From Candidatus Aminicenantes bacterium UBA6072 (GTDB taxonomy: Bacteria; Acidobacteriota; Aminicenantia; UBA2199), in contig DIXU01000001.1 of assembly GCA_002436105.1 (NCBI GenBank), forward strand, positions 265,500-329,499: 64,000 nt of DNA, written 5' to 3'. The position numbers were made by a program, and so were the translations under genes. Shown here piece by piece: positions 1-9,696 of the stretch. The notes below the pieces were generated by a model. The model did no database searches, was not told the origin of the DNA, and was given only the letters and a program-made list of their open reading frames with translations. Every line of letters starts with the position of its first letter. Position 1 is the first letter of the stretch.

Positions 1-62
1 CGTCCTGAAGCGCGTAACGGAGATCTTCGTTGACCGGTATCATCCGAGGATAAGGACGAGCA

Positions 63-1505
63 TCAGGATTTCCCCCACGGCACGGTCTCCGAGGTCAGGC
101 CGGCCGCCTGAAGGAAATTCCGGTAGCAGTCGTGGGGGTTGGCCATGTTGAAATCGCCGGTCATGGTATAGGCCAATCCCGGGCAGCTGCCGTTGCAAAA
201 GGGGGCCCATTCGCAATCCCTGCAGCCGGGAACGCTCGTCATCGGGATCTGCCGCCGTTCCTTGAGCGCCTGCAGCGTGGGATCGGCCTTCCAAATGGTC
301 TGAATGGAATCCCGGTTGATGCGCCCGAGCTCCAGCCCGGCCAGCATGTTGCAGGGCGAGATGATGCCGTCGTGGTGCACCGCCAGCTTGTTGTACATGC
401 AGCCGCAGGCGGTCAGGAAGCCCATTCGCCAGCGCTTGGCCTTTTCGCCGGTAGCCCTGGCATGCTCCATCTCGCCGTACGATTTCCATTTGGCCAATGG
501 CCCGGCCGTGGCATTGATGCGGCCGCTGTGTTTCTCCTCCAGGCGGATCAATGCCTTCATCGCCTGGAATTGCTGCCCCGGCAGCAGGGTGATTCCGGCC
601 TGGTTGTCGCAGCCCGCCCCCATGGGCATGGCGTCGTTGGTGCCTATACTGTGCAGCCCAACGTCTTCCAGAAGCAATTTCGCGATGTTATCGAGGTCTT
701 CGACGTTATGCCGATTGATGGTCACCCGCGAGGTCGCCGGAAAGCCCGCCTCCTTCAGGAGCCGTAGGCCGCGAATCGCCCTCTCGAACGAGCCCTTGCC
801 CCGGCTCTTGTCGTGGATTTCGGCGCAGGAGCCGTCGATCGACACCTGGATGGAGTTCAGCCGCAGCCGGCGCTTTTTTTCTTCCAGGCGCGCGATCATC
901 CTTTCGTCGATCAGCGTGCCGTTGCTCAGGATCGAGAAACTCATGCGTTTTTCGATGATCCGATCGATCAGATCAAAGAGGTCCTTACGGACAAAAACCT
1001 CGCCGCCGCTCAGGGTCAGGGTGCGCACGCCCAGCCGGCCCAGCTCGTCAAAAAAAGTCAGCCATTCCGTTGTGGAAAGATCGGGCCGGTCGTGCATCTC
1101 GTGAGCATAAAAGCAATACTCGCAATGGAGATTGCACTTGCCGGTCAATGAAATGTCGAAATCTCCCGGCCGGTCCGAGATTTCGGCGTACTCTTCGGGA
1201 GCGAGCCGCTGCAAGCCTTCCGGCGCGACCTCGATGAATTCGCCTTCCAGGAGCTCGCCCATGAAGTCGCAGACGTCTTTAAAAATGTCCTCATCGGGCG
1301 CCCCCTCATAATCCTCGAGCAGGGCGCGGGCGATCTCCTCGGCGCTGTTGCCGCCGTCGAGCTTCCGCCAGACCGCGAATCCCGTTTGATTGATGACCTT
1401 GTCCCGGCCCGCATCCGGGTTGAAAAGGATGGCATTGTCGCCCTGGCGGCACGTGGAGATTTTCGGGGCCCTTCCGTACTTTATCCGAAAATCGAGCTCT
1501 TTCAT
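63..1505 (-). CDS. Radical SAM/SPASM-domain peptide-modifying enzyme with N-terminal PqqD-like RiPP recognition element
   Basis: 480-aa ORF. The N-terminal ~95 aa resemble PqqD/RRE (ILFNPDAGRDKVINQTGFAVWRKLDGGNSAEEIARALLEDY). A CNLHCEYCFY CxxxCxxC radical-SAM cluster motif follows. The C-terminal segment is Cys-rich (7 Cys; CNMLAG...PGCRDCEWAPFCNGSCPG...HDCY), typical of a SPASM/twitch auxiliary cluster domain. Confidence 0.85.
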   Translation of the reverse strand: MKELDFRIKYGRAPKISTCRQGDNAILFNPDAGRDKVINQTGFAVWRKLDGGNSAEEIARALLEDYEGAPDEDIFKDVCDFMGELLEGEFIEVAPEGLQRLAPEEYAEISDRPGDFDISLTGKCNLHCEYCFYAHEMHDRPDLSTTEWLTFFDELGRLGVRTLTLSGGEVFVRKDLFDLIDRIIEKRMSFSILSNGTLIDERMIARLEEKKRRLRLNSIQVSIDGSCAEIHDKSRGKGSFERAIRGLRLLKEAGFPATSRVTINRHNVEDLDNIAKLLLEDVGLHSIGTNDAMPMGAGCDNQAGITLLPGQQFQAMKALIRLEEKHSGRINATAGPLAKWKSYGEMEHARATGEKAKRWRMGFLTACGCMYNKLAVHHDGIISPCNMLAGLELGRINRDSIQTIWKADPTLQALKERRQIPMTSVPGCRDCEWAPFCNGSCPGLAYTMTGDFNMANPHDCYRNFLQAAGLTSETVPWGKS

Positions 1506-1604
1506 CTGCGAACCGAAGATCTCCCCGATCGATCACGCCCTGGGCAAGAATCGTTAGGGGGTAGTTTATGGCAATCTCAGGGATTTGTCAAACGGATATC
1601 GCTG

Positions 1605-2125
1605 GGGCGAGGGGATGCCACGAAGCCGAAGGTTCCATGTTCCACGTTCCATGTTCCACGTTCCATGTTCCACGTTCCACGTTCCATGTTCCACGTTCCA
1701 TGTTCCATGTTCCACGTTCCATGTTCCACGTTCCATGTTCCACGTTCCATGTTCCACGTTCCACGTTCCATGTTTGCAACAGATGTAGTTATTAATTGGG
1801 AATTTGGTGCTTGGTATTTGGCATTTAAGTCCTAATATTGGCTTTTTTGACCGTAAACCGTTTACTGTCTACCGTCAACCGATTGGAATTACGAGCAATG
1901 GTATTTGTCGTTATGCGTTATCCTTGATGAGAAAGAACCAGAGATGATCTTCTCTCTGACTATCACTACCACTATCACTACCACTCAGGGCTGTTAGCTC
2001 TCCTGCTAACACGATCACTAACACTACCATTCGGCTTGTTTTTCGTTCTTGCTGACACTGACACTGTCACTGACACTGGATTCCGTTCTGGTCTCCGGCT
2101 ACCACTATCACTACCACTGATCCTG
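1605..2125. repeat. Composite intergenic repeat element, copy A (heptamer array + GGTGCTTGG module + ACCGTAAACCG module + GATGAGAAAGAAC module + TNNCAC hexamer arrays)
   Basis: Large blocks are near-identical to 3972-4400 (same orientation) and to 5548-5885 (reverse complement). Examples are GGGGATGCCRCGAAGCCGAAGG, GGAATTTGGTGCTTGG, GACCGTAAACCG, GCAATGGTATT and GATGAGAAAGAAC. Copies A and B additionally share CTATCACTACCACT, TTCTTGCTGACACTGACACTGTCACTGACACTGG and a GTTAGC-N6-GCTAAC hairpin. Copy A lies between the divergent rSAM and ABC genes and ends in the ABC promoter region. Confidence 0.8.
1632..1771. repeat. (GTTCCAY)n heptanucleotide tandem array, about 20 units, the VNTR-like module of copy A
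   Basis: Direct reading shows alternating GTTCCAC/GTTCCAT units. Homologous arrays of about 7 units (4015-4066) and about 5 units (5810-5845, inverted) occur in copies B and C. On the minus strand the 21-nt period encodes (M/V)E(H/R)GTWN in all three frames. Confidence 0.85.
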
Positions 2126-2134
2126 ATAATGCAC

Positions 2135-2140
2135 TATAAT
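2135..2140 (+). promoter_or_regulatory. Candidate -10 box (gcacTATAATg) for the ABC exporter gene
   Basis: TATAAT hexamer 9-60 nt upstream of the candidate starts. The same gcTATAAT pattern recurs upstream of many genes in the window (5905-5910, 9672-9677, 32162-32167, 36605-36610, 50448-50453). Confidence 0.4.
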
Positions 2141-2148
2141 GACCTCCA

Positions 2149-3963
<1,815 letters not shown>

Positions 3964-3971
3964 GCCGGAAA

Positions 3972-4400
3972 TGGCGAGGACGAGGGGATGGCCAAGAAGC
4001 CGAAGGTTCCATGTTCCACGTTCCACGTTCCACGTTCCATGTTCCATGTTCCACGTTGGCAACTGATGTAGAATTCTTTGGAATTTGGTGCTTAGGATTT
4101 GGAATTTATGCCCTGATATTGCATTTTTCTGACCGTCAACCGTAAACCAATTGCAATTGCAAGCAATGGTATTATTCTTGATTCGTGATGCGTAATGCGT
4201 GATGAGAAAGAACAAAAGATGCTCTTCTCTCTGACTATCACTACCACTAAGAGCTGTTAGCCCTCCTGCTAGCACTATCACTAACACTCGGCTTGTTTTT
4301 CGTTCTTGCTGACACTGACACTGTCACTGACACTGGATCCCGCTCCAACCTCTGGCTACCACTACCACTAAGGGCTGTCAGTGCTAACACTTGTCGCGGA
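3972..4400. repeat. Composite intergenic repeat element, copy B
   Basis: Same module order as copy A, with about 7 heptamer units. It lies immediately downstream of the ABC exporter. Confidence 0.8.
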
Positions 4401-4469
4401 TTTCTTTTTTCCTGACTTGCAAGTTGGTTTTCTCTATGGTATTTTTGTACAGGAAAATGGAGGTTTGTC

Positions 4470-4886
4470 ATGAAAAAAATAGTGCTTCTCCTTGCGGTTT
4501 CTTTGCTCCTCACGGGCTGCGTCTGTTTCCCGACGGCCGGCGGGCTTCCGGAGGGGAAGCAGGTCAAGGTCAACATCCAGGACAAGACCTTCAAGGGCGA
4601 GCTGCTTTCAGTGACCCAGGAGTTGATCGTCATCCGCTACAAGGACAAGGACAAGGACAAGGAAATCGTCCTGGGCTGCCCGACCAATGAGACCGAATTG
4701 GTGAAAGTGAAGAGGGGCTGCGGCCCGATCGTCGGCCTGCTCTCCAAGGACAAGAAGTACAGATTCAAGGATACCCCCCCGGCCAAGATCGGTGAGAATA
4801 TCATCGACCTCTCCCACGACTCCCTCTACGCATCCAAGATGCCCGATTGGGTCAAGGAGCAGATGACGCTCCTCAGCCAGCTTTGA
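4470..4886 (+). CDS. Small lipoprotein, hypothetical
   Basis: 138 aa with signal peptide and lipobox (LLLTGC) and a KDKDKDKE low-complexity stretch. AGGAG-like SD (ggaaaatggagg) upstream. Confidence 0.55.
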   Translation: MKKIVLLLAVSLLLTGCVCFPTAGGLPEGKQVKVNIQDKTFKGELLSVTQELIVIRYKDKDKDKEIVLGCPTNETELVKVKRGCGPIVGLLSKDKKYRFKDTPPAKIGENIIDLSHDSLYASKMPDWVKEQMTLLSQL

Positions 4887-4919
4887 TCCGATTCCTGTCG
4901 GAACACTCTTTTTACGAAA

Positions 4920-5543
4920 GTGAGGCGCCTGTTTGATCTGGTTCTGAGATTGGCCATCGTCTTTTTTTCCCTGTGGCTTCACGACAGGGTGCGCGTGTGG
5001 ATGGCCGGCCGCTGCGGCGACCGCGAAGCCGCCTCCCGGCAGCGGTCGCCGGAAAACCCCTTTGCCCGCGTCGACTGGATCGGCAGCGTGCTGCTCCCCG
5101 CATTTCTTGTTTTCCGCGGCCAGCCGGTGCTGGGCTGGGCCAGGCCCCTCGAGTTGGACGCCGACAAATTGCCCCGCCCCCGGCGGGATGCCCTGCGGAT
5201 CGCCATGGCCGGCCCGTCGGCGAACCTGCTGCTGGCGCTGGCCGGCATCGGTATTTTCCGCGGCCTGGACTCCGCCGGGCTGCTGACCTCGCCAATCCTG
5301 ATACAGATCCTGCCGTTTTTCTGCCTGACCAATGCCTGCCTCGCCGTCTTCAACCTGCTGCCCATCCCGCCGCTGGCCGCCAGCGGCGCCGCCGAGCAGT
5401 TCCTGGGCGGCGACGCCCTTTCTTCCTTTGAAGACATCAAGCCCTTCGGCTTTCTCCTGCTGCTGGCCGGGGTCTATTTCAATTTCTTCGATTTTCTCAC
5501 CATACCGCTGAGCCGGCTGGTCAACACGATGCTGGGATTCTGA
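4920..5543 (+). CDS. Peptidase M50 (site-2 protease) family homolog with substituted catalytic motifs (putative pseudo-protease)
   Basis: 207-aa polytopic membrane protein with a GTG start. Where M50 enzymes carry HExxH it has LHDRVRV. Where they carry NxxPxxxLDG it has NLLPIPPLAASG. The Glu, second His and Asp ligands all appear replaced. Confidence 0.55.
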   Translation: MRRLFDLVLRLAIVFFSLWLHDRVRVWMAGRCGDREAASRQRSPENPFARVDWIGSVLLPAFLVFRGQPVLGWARPLELDADKLPRPRRDALRIAMAGPSANLLLALAGIGIFRGLDSAGLLTSPILIQILPFFCLTNACLAVFNLLPIPPLAASGAAEQFLGGDALSSFEDIKPFGFLLLLAGVYFNFFDFLTIPLSRLVNTMLGF

Positions 5544-5547
5544 AGGA

Positions 5548-5885
5548 ACATTGTCAATAACAGTGCCGTTAATTGAAATCGGTTTACGGTAGACGGTAAA
5601 CGGTTTACGGTAAGAGAAGAACCAGCCATCTCTTGTTCTTTCTCATCAGGCATAACGCGTCACGCATCACGAATAATACCATTGCTTGTAATTGCAATCG
5701 GTTTACGGTTGACGGTAAACGGTTTTCGGTAAAAATAAGGTAATATCAGGACTTAAATCCCAAAACCCAAGCACCAAATTCCAAATAATCAAGTACATCC
5801 GTTGCCAACGTGGAACATGGAACGTGGAACGTGGAACATGGAACCTTCGGCTTCGCGGCATCCCCTCGCCTCTTCCTTCTATTGA
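5548..5885. repeat. Composite intergenic repeat element, copy C (inverted orientation, lacks the hexamer arrays, ACCGTAAACCG module duplicated)
   Basis: Reverse complement matches copies A/B through the GGGGATGCCGCGAAGCCGAAGG, heptamer, GGTGCTTGG, ACCGTAAACCG and GATGAGAAAGAAC modules. It sits between the M50-like gene and the S46 peptidase promoter. Confidence 0.8.
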
Positions 5886-5942
5886 AATCCCTGCTCCGGC
5901 AAGCTATAATCACGATATCCCTTTCCCATCAAGGAGCCATCC

Positions 5943-8099
5943 ATGCGCATCATGATCTTCTGCACGCTGTTCCTGGCCGCCCTGGCGCTGCCCGCCGTCG
6001 AGGGCATGTTCCCCGTCGACGGCATCACCCCAACCATCATTGCCGACATGAAGGCCCTGGGATGCCGCTTCGACCCGGCCGAGATCTGGAAGCCCGGCGA
6101 AAAGTGCCTGGCCATGGCCGTGGCCAACCTCGGCGCCACCGGCTCCTTCGTCTCCGCCGACGGTCTCATCATCACCAACCACCACGTGGCCTTCGGCGCC
6201 GTGCAGAGCCTCTCCTCGCCGGAGCGCAACTACATCCGCGACGGCTTCCTGGCTGCCGGCCGCGGGCAGGAGGTCCCCGCCCCGGGCTACAGCGTGCGGG
6301 TCATGACCGGCTACGAGAACGTCACCCCGCGCTTCCGCGCCGCGCTGCGCGCCGGGCTGGACCCCGCCAAGCGCCAGCAGCTGGTGGAAAGGATCTCCAA
6401 GCGGCTGGTCGCCGAGGGCGAGAAGACCCCGGGCAACGAGTGCGCCGTGGCGGCGTTCTACGGCGGGCTGGAGTTCTTCCGCGTAACCTATTTCAAGATC
6501 CGCGACATGCGCGTGGTTTACGTGCCGGCGCGCTCGGTGGGCGAATACGGCGGCGAGGTGGACAACTGGATGTGGCCGCGCCACACCGGCGATTTCTCCT
6601 TCCTGCGCGCCTACGTGGGCCGCGACGGCCGCCCGGCCGATTATTCCCCCGACAACGTCCCCTTCCGGCCGCTGCATTATTTCCCCGTCGCCAGGACGCC
6701 GCTGCGCGCGGGCGATTTCACCATGATCCTGGGCTACCCCGGAACGACCAAGCGCTGGCTCACGGCCGCCGAGGTGGCCAACGAGGTCGAAGCCAGCTAT
6801 CCCGGCCGCATCGCCCTGCTCGAGCGCTACATCGAACTCGTCGAGAAGCTGTCGGCCGCCGACGAGGGGGTGAGGATCAAGAACGCCGGCATGCTCAAGG
6901 GGCTGTACAACTCGATCAAGAACAACCGCGGCATGCTCGTCGGCCTCGTGCGCGACTCGGTCCTGCGGCAGCGGCGCCAGGCCGAGAGCGAGCTGGCGTC
7001 CTGGATCGCCGCCGATCCCGCCCGGCAAAAGCGCCACGGCCGCCTGCTGGCGGACATCGAGCGCCTGGCCGCCGAGGAGCGCGAGATCGCTTCCCTGGCC
7101 ACGATCAGCGGCTGGCTGACGCGGGGCTGCCGCCTGCTGGACTGGGCCCTGACCCTGAACCAGTGGGGACGCGAGAAAACCAGGAAGAACCTGGACCGCC
7201 AGACCGGCTTCCTGGACCGCGACATGGCCAACCGCATGGCGCGGCTGCCCATCAGCCAGCGCAACCTCGACCTGGCCACCGACAGGGCCGTCTTCGCCTT
7301 TTTTATGGGCCAACTCCTGGATGCCGACCCTGCCGGCCATTTCAGGAAGCTGGCGCAGGAGGTCGAGCGCTTCCCCGGCGCTGACCGCGCCGCGAGGATC
7401 CAGGCCTTCGCCGACCATCTCTACCAGGGCACGCGCCTGGCCGACCTGGACTTCAAGCAAAGGATGTTCGCCTCCGACGCCAGGGCCATGGCCGCCGCCG
7501 GCGACCCGTTCCTGGACCTGGCGGCCAGGATCCAGCCCGCCTTCGACGCCCTCGACCGCCGCCGCAGCGCCATCAGCGGCAACTGGCTCGAGCTGAAGCC
7601 CCTTTACGTCCAGGCCATGAGGCAGGCGCGGCCGCTGGCGCCGCCCTACCCCGACGCCAACCGCACGCTGCGCTTCAGCTACGGGCGCGTCGAGGGCTAC
7701 GCCCCGCGCGACGCCGTGCGCTACGCCCCCTTCACCACCCTGGCCGGCGTGCTGGCCAAGCACAGCGGCGCAGCCCCCTTCAACCTCAGCGACGCGTTCA
7801 TCGCCGCCGCCGCAGGCGACGGGCGCCGGCGCCACGCCGACCCGGAGCTGGGCGACGTGCCGGTGAACTTCCTGACCAGCAACGACTCGACGGGCGGCAA
7901 TTCGGGCAGCCCGGTGCTCAACGCCGACGGCGAGCTGGTCGGCGTCCTCTTCGACGGCAACTACGAGTCGCTGGTCAGCGACTTCGTGTTCCAGCCCGGC
8001 CTGACCCGCTCCATTCACGTCGACATGCGCTACGTGCGCTATGTCGCCGACCAGGTCGACCGCGCCGCCCCGGTGCTGCGCGAGCTGGGACTGGAGTGA
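5943..8099 (+). CDS. Peptidase S46 family dipeptidyl-peptidase (DPP7/DPP11-like), secreted
   Basis: 718 aa with signal peptide. The N-terminal block is GATGSFVSADGLIITNHHV and the C-terminal catalytic Ser block is GGNSGSPVLNADGELVGVLFDGN, both characteristic of S46. Confidence 0.9.
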   Translation: MRIMIFCTLFLAALALPAVEGMFPVDGITPTIIADMKALGCRFDPAEIWKPGEKCLAMAVANLGATGSFVSADGLIITNHHVAFGAVQSLSSPERNYIRDGFLAAGRGQEVPAPGYSVRVMTGYENVTPRFRAALRAGLDPAKRQQLVERISKRLVAEGEKTPGNECAVAAFYGGLEFFRVTYFKIRDMRVVYVPARSVGEYGGEVDNWMWPRHTGDFSFLRAYVGRDGRPADYSPDNVPFRPLHYFPVARTPLRAGDFTMILGYPGTTKRWLTAAEVANEVEASYPGRIALLERYIELVEKLSAADEGVRIKNAGMLKGLYNSIKNNRGMLVGLVRDSVLRQRRQAESELASWIAADPARQKRHGRLLADIERLAAEEREIASLATISGWLTRGCRLLDWALTLNQWGREKTRKNLDRQTGFLDRDMANRMARLPISQRNLDLATDRAVFAFFMGQLLDADPAGHFRKLAQEVERFPGADRAARIQAFADHLYQGTRLADLDFKQRMFASDARAMAAAGDPFLDLAARIQPAFDALDRRRSAISGNWLELKPLYVQAMRQARPLAPPYPDANRTLRFSYGRVEGYAPRDAVRYAPFTTLAGVLAKHSGAAPFNLSDAFIAAAAGDGRRRHADPELGDVPVNFLTSNDSTGGNSGSPVLNADGELVGVLFDGNYESLVSDFVFQPGLTRSIHVDMRYVRYVADQVDRAAPVLRELGLE

Positions 8100-9025
8100 T
8101 GGAGAAGATCGCGCTGCTCTTCAACCCCAGCTCCGGCAAGGGCCGGGCGGCGCAGAACCGCCGCGCCCTGCAGCGCTGCCTGCGCGAGCAGGGGATCGCC
8201 TACGACTGGTTCGAGTCGCGCCACGAGGACGACCTGCGCGACCTGGTGGCCGTAACCGCCGAGGACTACCCCCGGCTGGTCGCCGCCGGCGGCGACACGA
8301 CGCTGCTGATCGTGATCAACGAGCTGATGCGCCTGAAGGCCGACAACACCCTGGGCATGATCGGCCTCGGCTCCTGCAACGACGTGGTGCGGGAATTCGG
8401 CATCCAAACCATGAAGAAGGCCTGCCTGGCCATCCGCCGCGGCCGCACGCGCCCGATCGACCTAGGGGCGGTGCGCGAGGGGAAAAAGGTCCTGCGCTAC
8501 TATCCGGGGCAGGCCTCCCTCGGCCTGGCGGTGCTGATCAACCAGTTCGTCAACCAGGTGGTGCAGCGCAGCCCGCGCCTTGGCAAGTACCAGACCCTGT
8601 CGGGGCTGCGCGGCGGCTGGCAGGCCTGCCGCTCCTCCGAGATGCCGATCCGTCTGGAGGTGGAGCATGCGAACGGCCGGGTCAGCGGCGAGTTCATGCT
8701 GGCCGTCTTCGACAACATCCGCTACTACGCCGCCGGCCGCAAGGCCCTGCCCCAGGCACGACCCGACGACGGGCTGCTCGACGCCCTGCTGATCCGCAAG
8801 TGCTCGTTCCCGCGCCTGGCCTATCTCGCCCTGCTGACCCCGCCCGCGTTCTATGCCGAAAAGAAGGAGGCGCTGGTCCTGCAGGCGGCGAACTTCCAGG
8901 TGAGCGCCGAGAAGGATTTCACCGTCCAGGTCGACGGCGAGGTCCTGAGCCAGGACGGGCAGCCGCGTTCCTTCCGCAGCCTGGAGTTCGCCTCGGTGCC
9001 GCGGGCGCTGAAGATCATTTCCTGA
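8099..9025 (+). CDS. Diacylglycerol/lipid kinase catalytic-domain protein (YegS/DAGK_cat family)
   Basis: About 308 aa. LLFNPSSGKG and GGDTTL motifs fit the DAGK_cat family (GGDGT-like). Start overlaps the S46 stop (TGATG), suggesting co-transcription. Confidence 0.8.
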   Translation: MEKIALLFNPSSGKGRAAQNRRALQRCLREQGIAYDWFESRHEDDLRDLVAVTAEDYPRLVAAGGDTTLLIVINELMRLKADNTLGMIGLGSCNDVVREFGIQTMKKACLAIRRGRTRPIDLGAVREGKKVLRYYPGQASLGLAVLINQFVNQVVQRSPRLGKYQTLSGLRGGWQACRSSEMPIRLEVEHANGRVSGEFMLAVFDNIRYYAAGRKALPQARPDDGLLDALLIRKCSFPRLAYLALLTPPAFYAEKKEALVLQAANFQVSAEKDFTVQVDGEVLSQDGQPRSFRSLEFASVPRALKIIS

Positions 9026-9072
9026 TCCTTCCGCCTGTGCTATAATCCCGAAAAAGACCATGGGGGTGCACG

Positions 9073-9270
9073 ATGAAGTACAAGCTGTTCACCGGACAGG
9101 GAGCCGACCTGGAAAAGAAGATCAACGATTGGCTCACGCCCAACATCGAGCTGCTGCACATCGCCCAGAGCACGGTCAGCGCCATGGTCGGCGAGCGCAC
9201 CGTTCCCTACACCATCCTCTCGGTTTTTTACAACGAGCGGGGGATCGTCGAGCAGCGCAATCTGGACTGA
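9073..9270 (+). CDS. Small hypothetical protein (65 aa)
   Basis: ORF with non-biased composition, preceded by tgcTATAATcc. No recognisable motif. Confidence 0.35.
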   Translation: MKYKLFTGQGADLEKKINDWLTPNIELLHIAQSTVSAMVGERTVPYTILSVFYNERGIVEQRNLD

Positions 9271-9363
9271 GAAACCGGCACTCGGCGTAAGGCGCACGGT
9301 GGACGGCGTTCGGCTAAAAGAAGAACTGTGGATCGTTTCGTTGCCCTATTGGGCAACGAAGAA

Positions 9364-9448
9364 TGCCGGAGAAGGGAATCGAACCCTTATGAGGGAAATC
9401 CTCGTCAGATTTTGAGTCTGATGCGTCTGCCAATTCCGCCACTCCGGC
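9364..9448 (-). tRNA. tRNA-Leu (anticodon CAA)
   Basis: Reverse complement folds as a type-II tRNA. Acceptor is GCCGGAG/CTCCGGC, the anticodon loop is CTCAAAA, there is a long variable arm, and the T-loop is GGTTCGATTCC. Confidence 0.85.
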
Positions 9449-9547
9449 CCAGAATCAGAAATGCATTATAATCAGCGCCCGTTGCTTTGTCAACGCGGGC
9501 GGAAGGAAGTGCCGGTGAAACAGTGGCGCTGCCAGATTCTTCTCTTT

Positions 9548-9612
9548 GTTTTGGTCATTAGGTAATTGGTGCTTGGAATTTATTTGTGATTTGGTGCTTG
9601 GGATTTGGAATT
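9548..9612. repeat. Partial copy of the GGTGCTTGG module of the composite repeat (tandemly duplicated)
   Basis: attGGTGCTTGGaatttatttgtgatttGGTGCTTGGgatttggaatttt matches the gaatttGGTGCTTGGtatttgg module of copies A-C. It lies in the divergent region between tRNA-Leu and the M14 gene. Confidence 0.6.
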
Positions 9613-9696
9613 TTATTCTTCTGAATACCTTTTTCTGACTTTTGCCTTTTTCCTTTTACCTTTAAAGGGTTTATAATCGATTTTCGAGGAGGCGCC

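Noticed and set aside
1632-1771. Heptamer arrays as a CRISPR array
   Set aside because: Units are 7 nt with no spacers, and there are no cas genes. This is a microsatellite/VNTR, not CRISPR.
1772-1800. Sigma-54 promoter in the conserved ACATCNGTTGCMAAC / TTGGCAAC segment flanking the heptamers
   Set aside because: GG and GC dinucleotides are not at the required 10-nt spacing (TGGCAC-N5-TTGCW). Only the TTGC part fits.
5810-7384. 524-aa plus-strand ORF beginning MEHGTWNVEHGTFGF... that runs from repeat copy C through the S46 peptidase gene in another frame
   Set aside because: Beyond the repeat-derived first 20 residues the translation is Arg/Pro/Gly low-complexity. It overlaps the strongly supported S46 gene, whose AAGGAG SD and ATG lie inside it. 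Only the repeat-encoded N-terminal peptide is considered further, in the heptamer finding.
8041-9045. 334-aa alternative-frame ORF overlapping the DAGK-family gene
   Set aside because: Its translation is Arg/Pro/Gly low-complexity, whereas the frame called (8099-9025) carries the DAGK_cat motifs.
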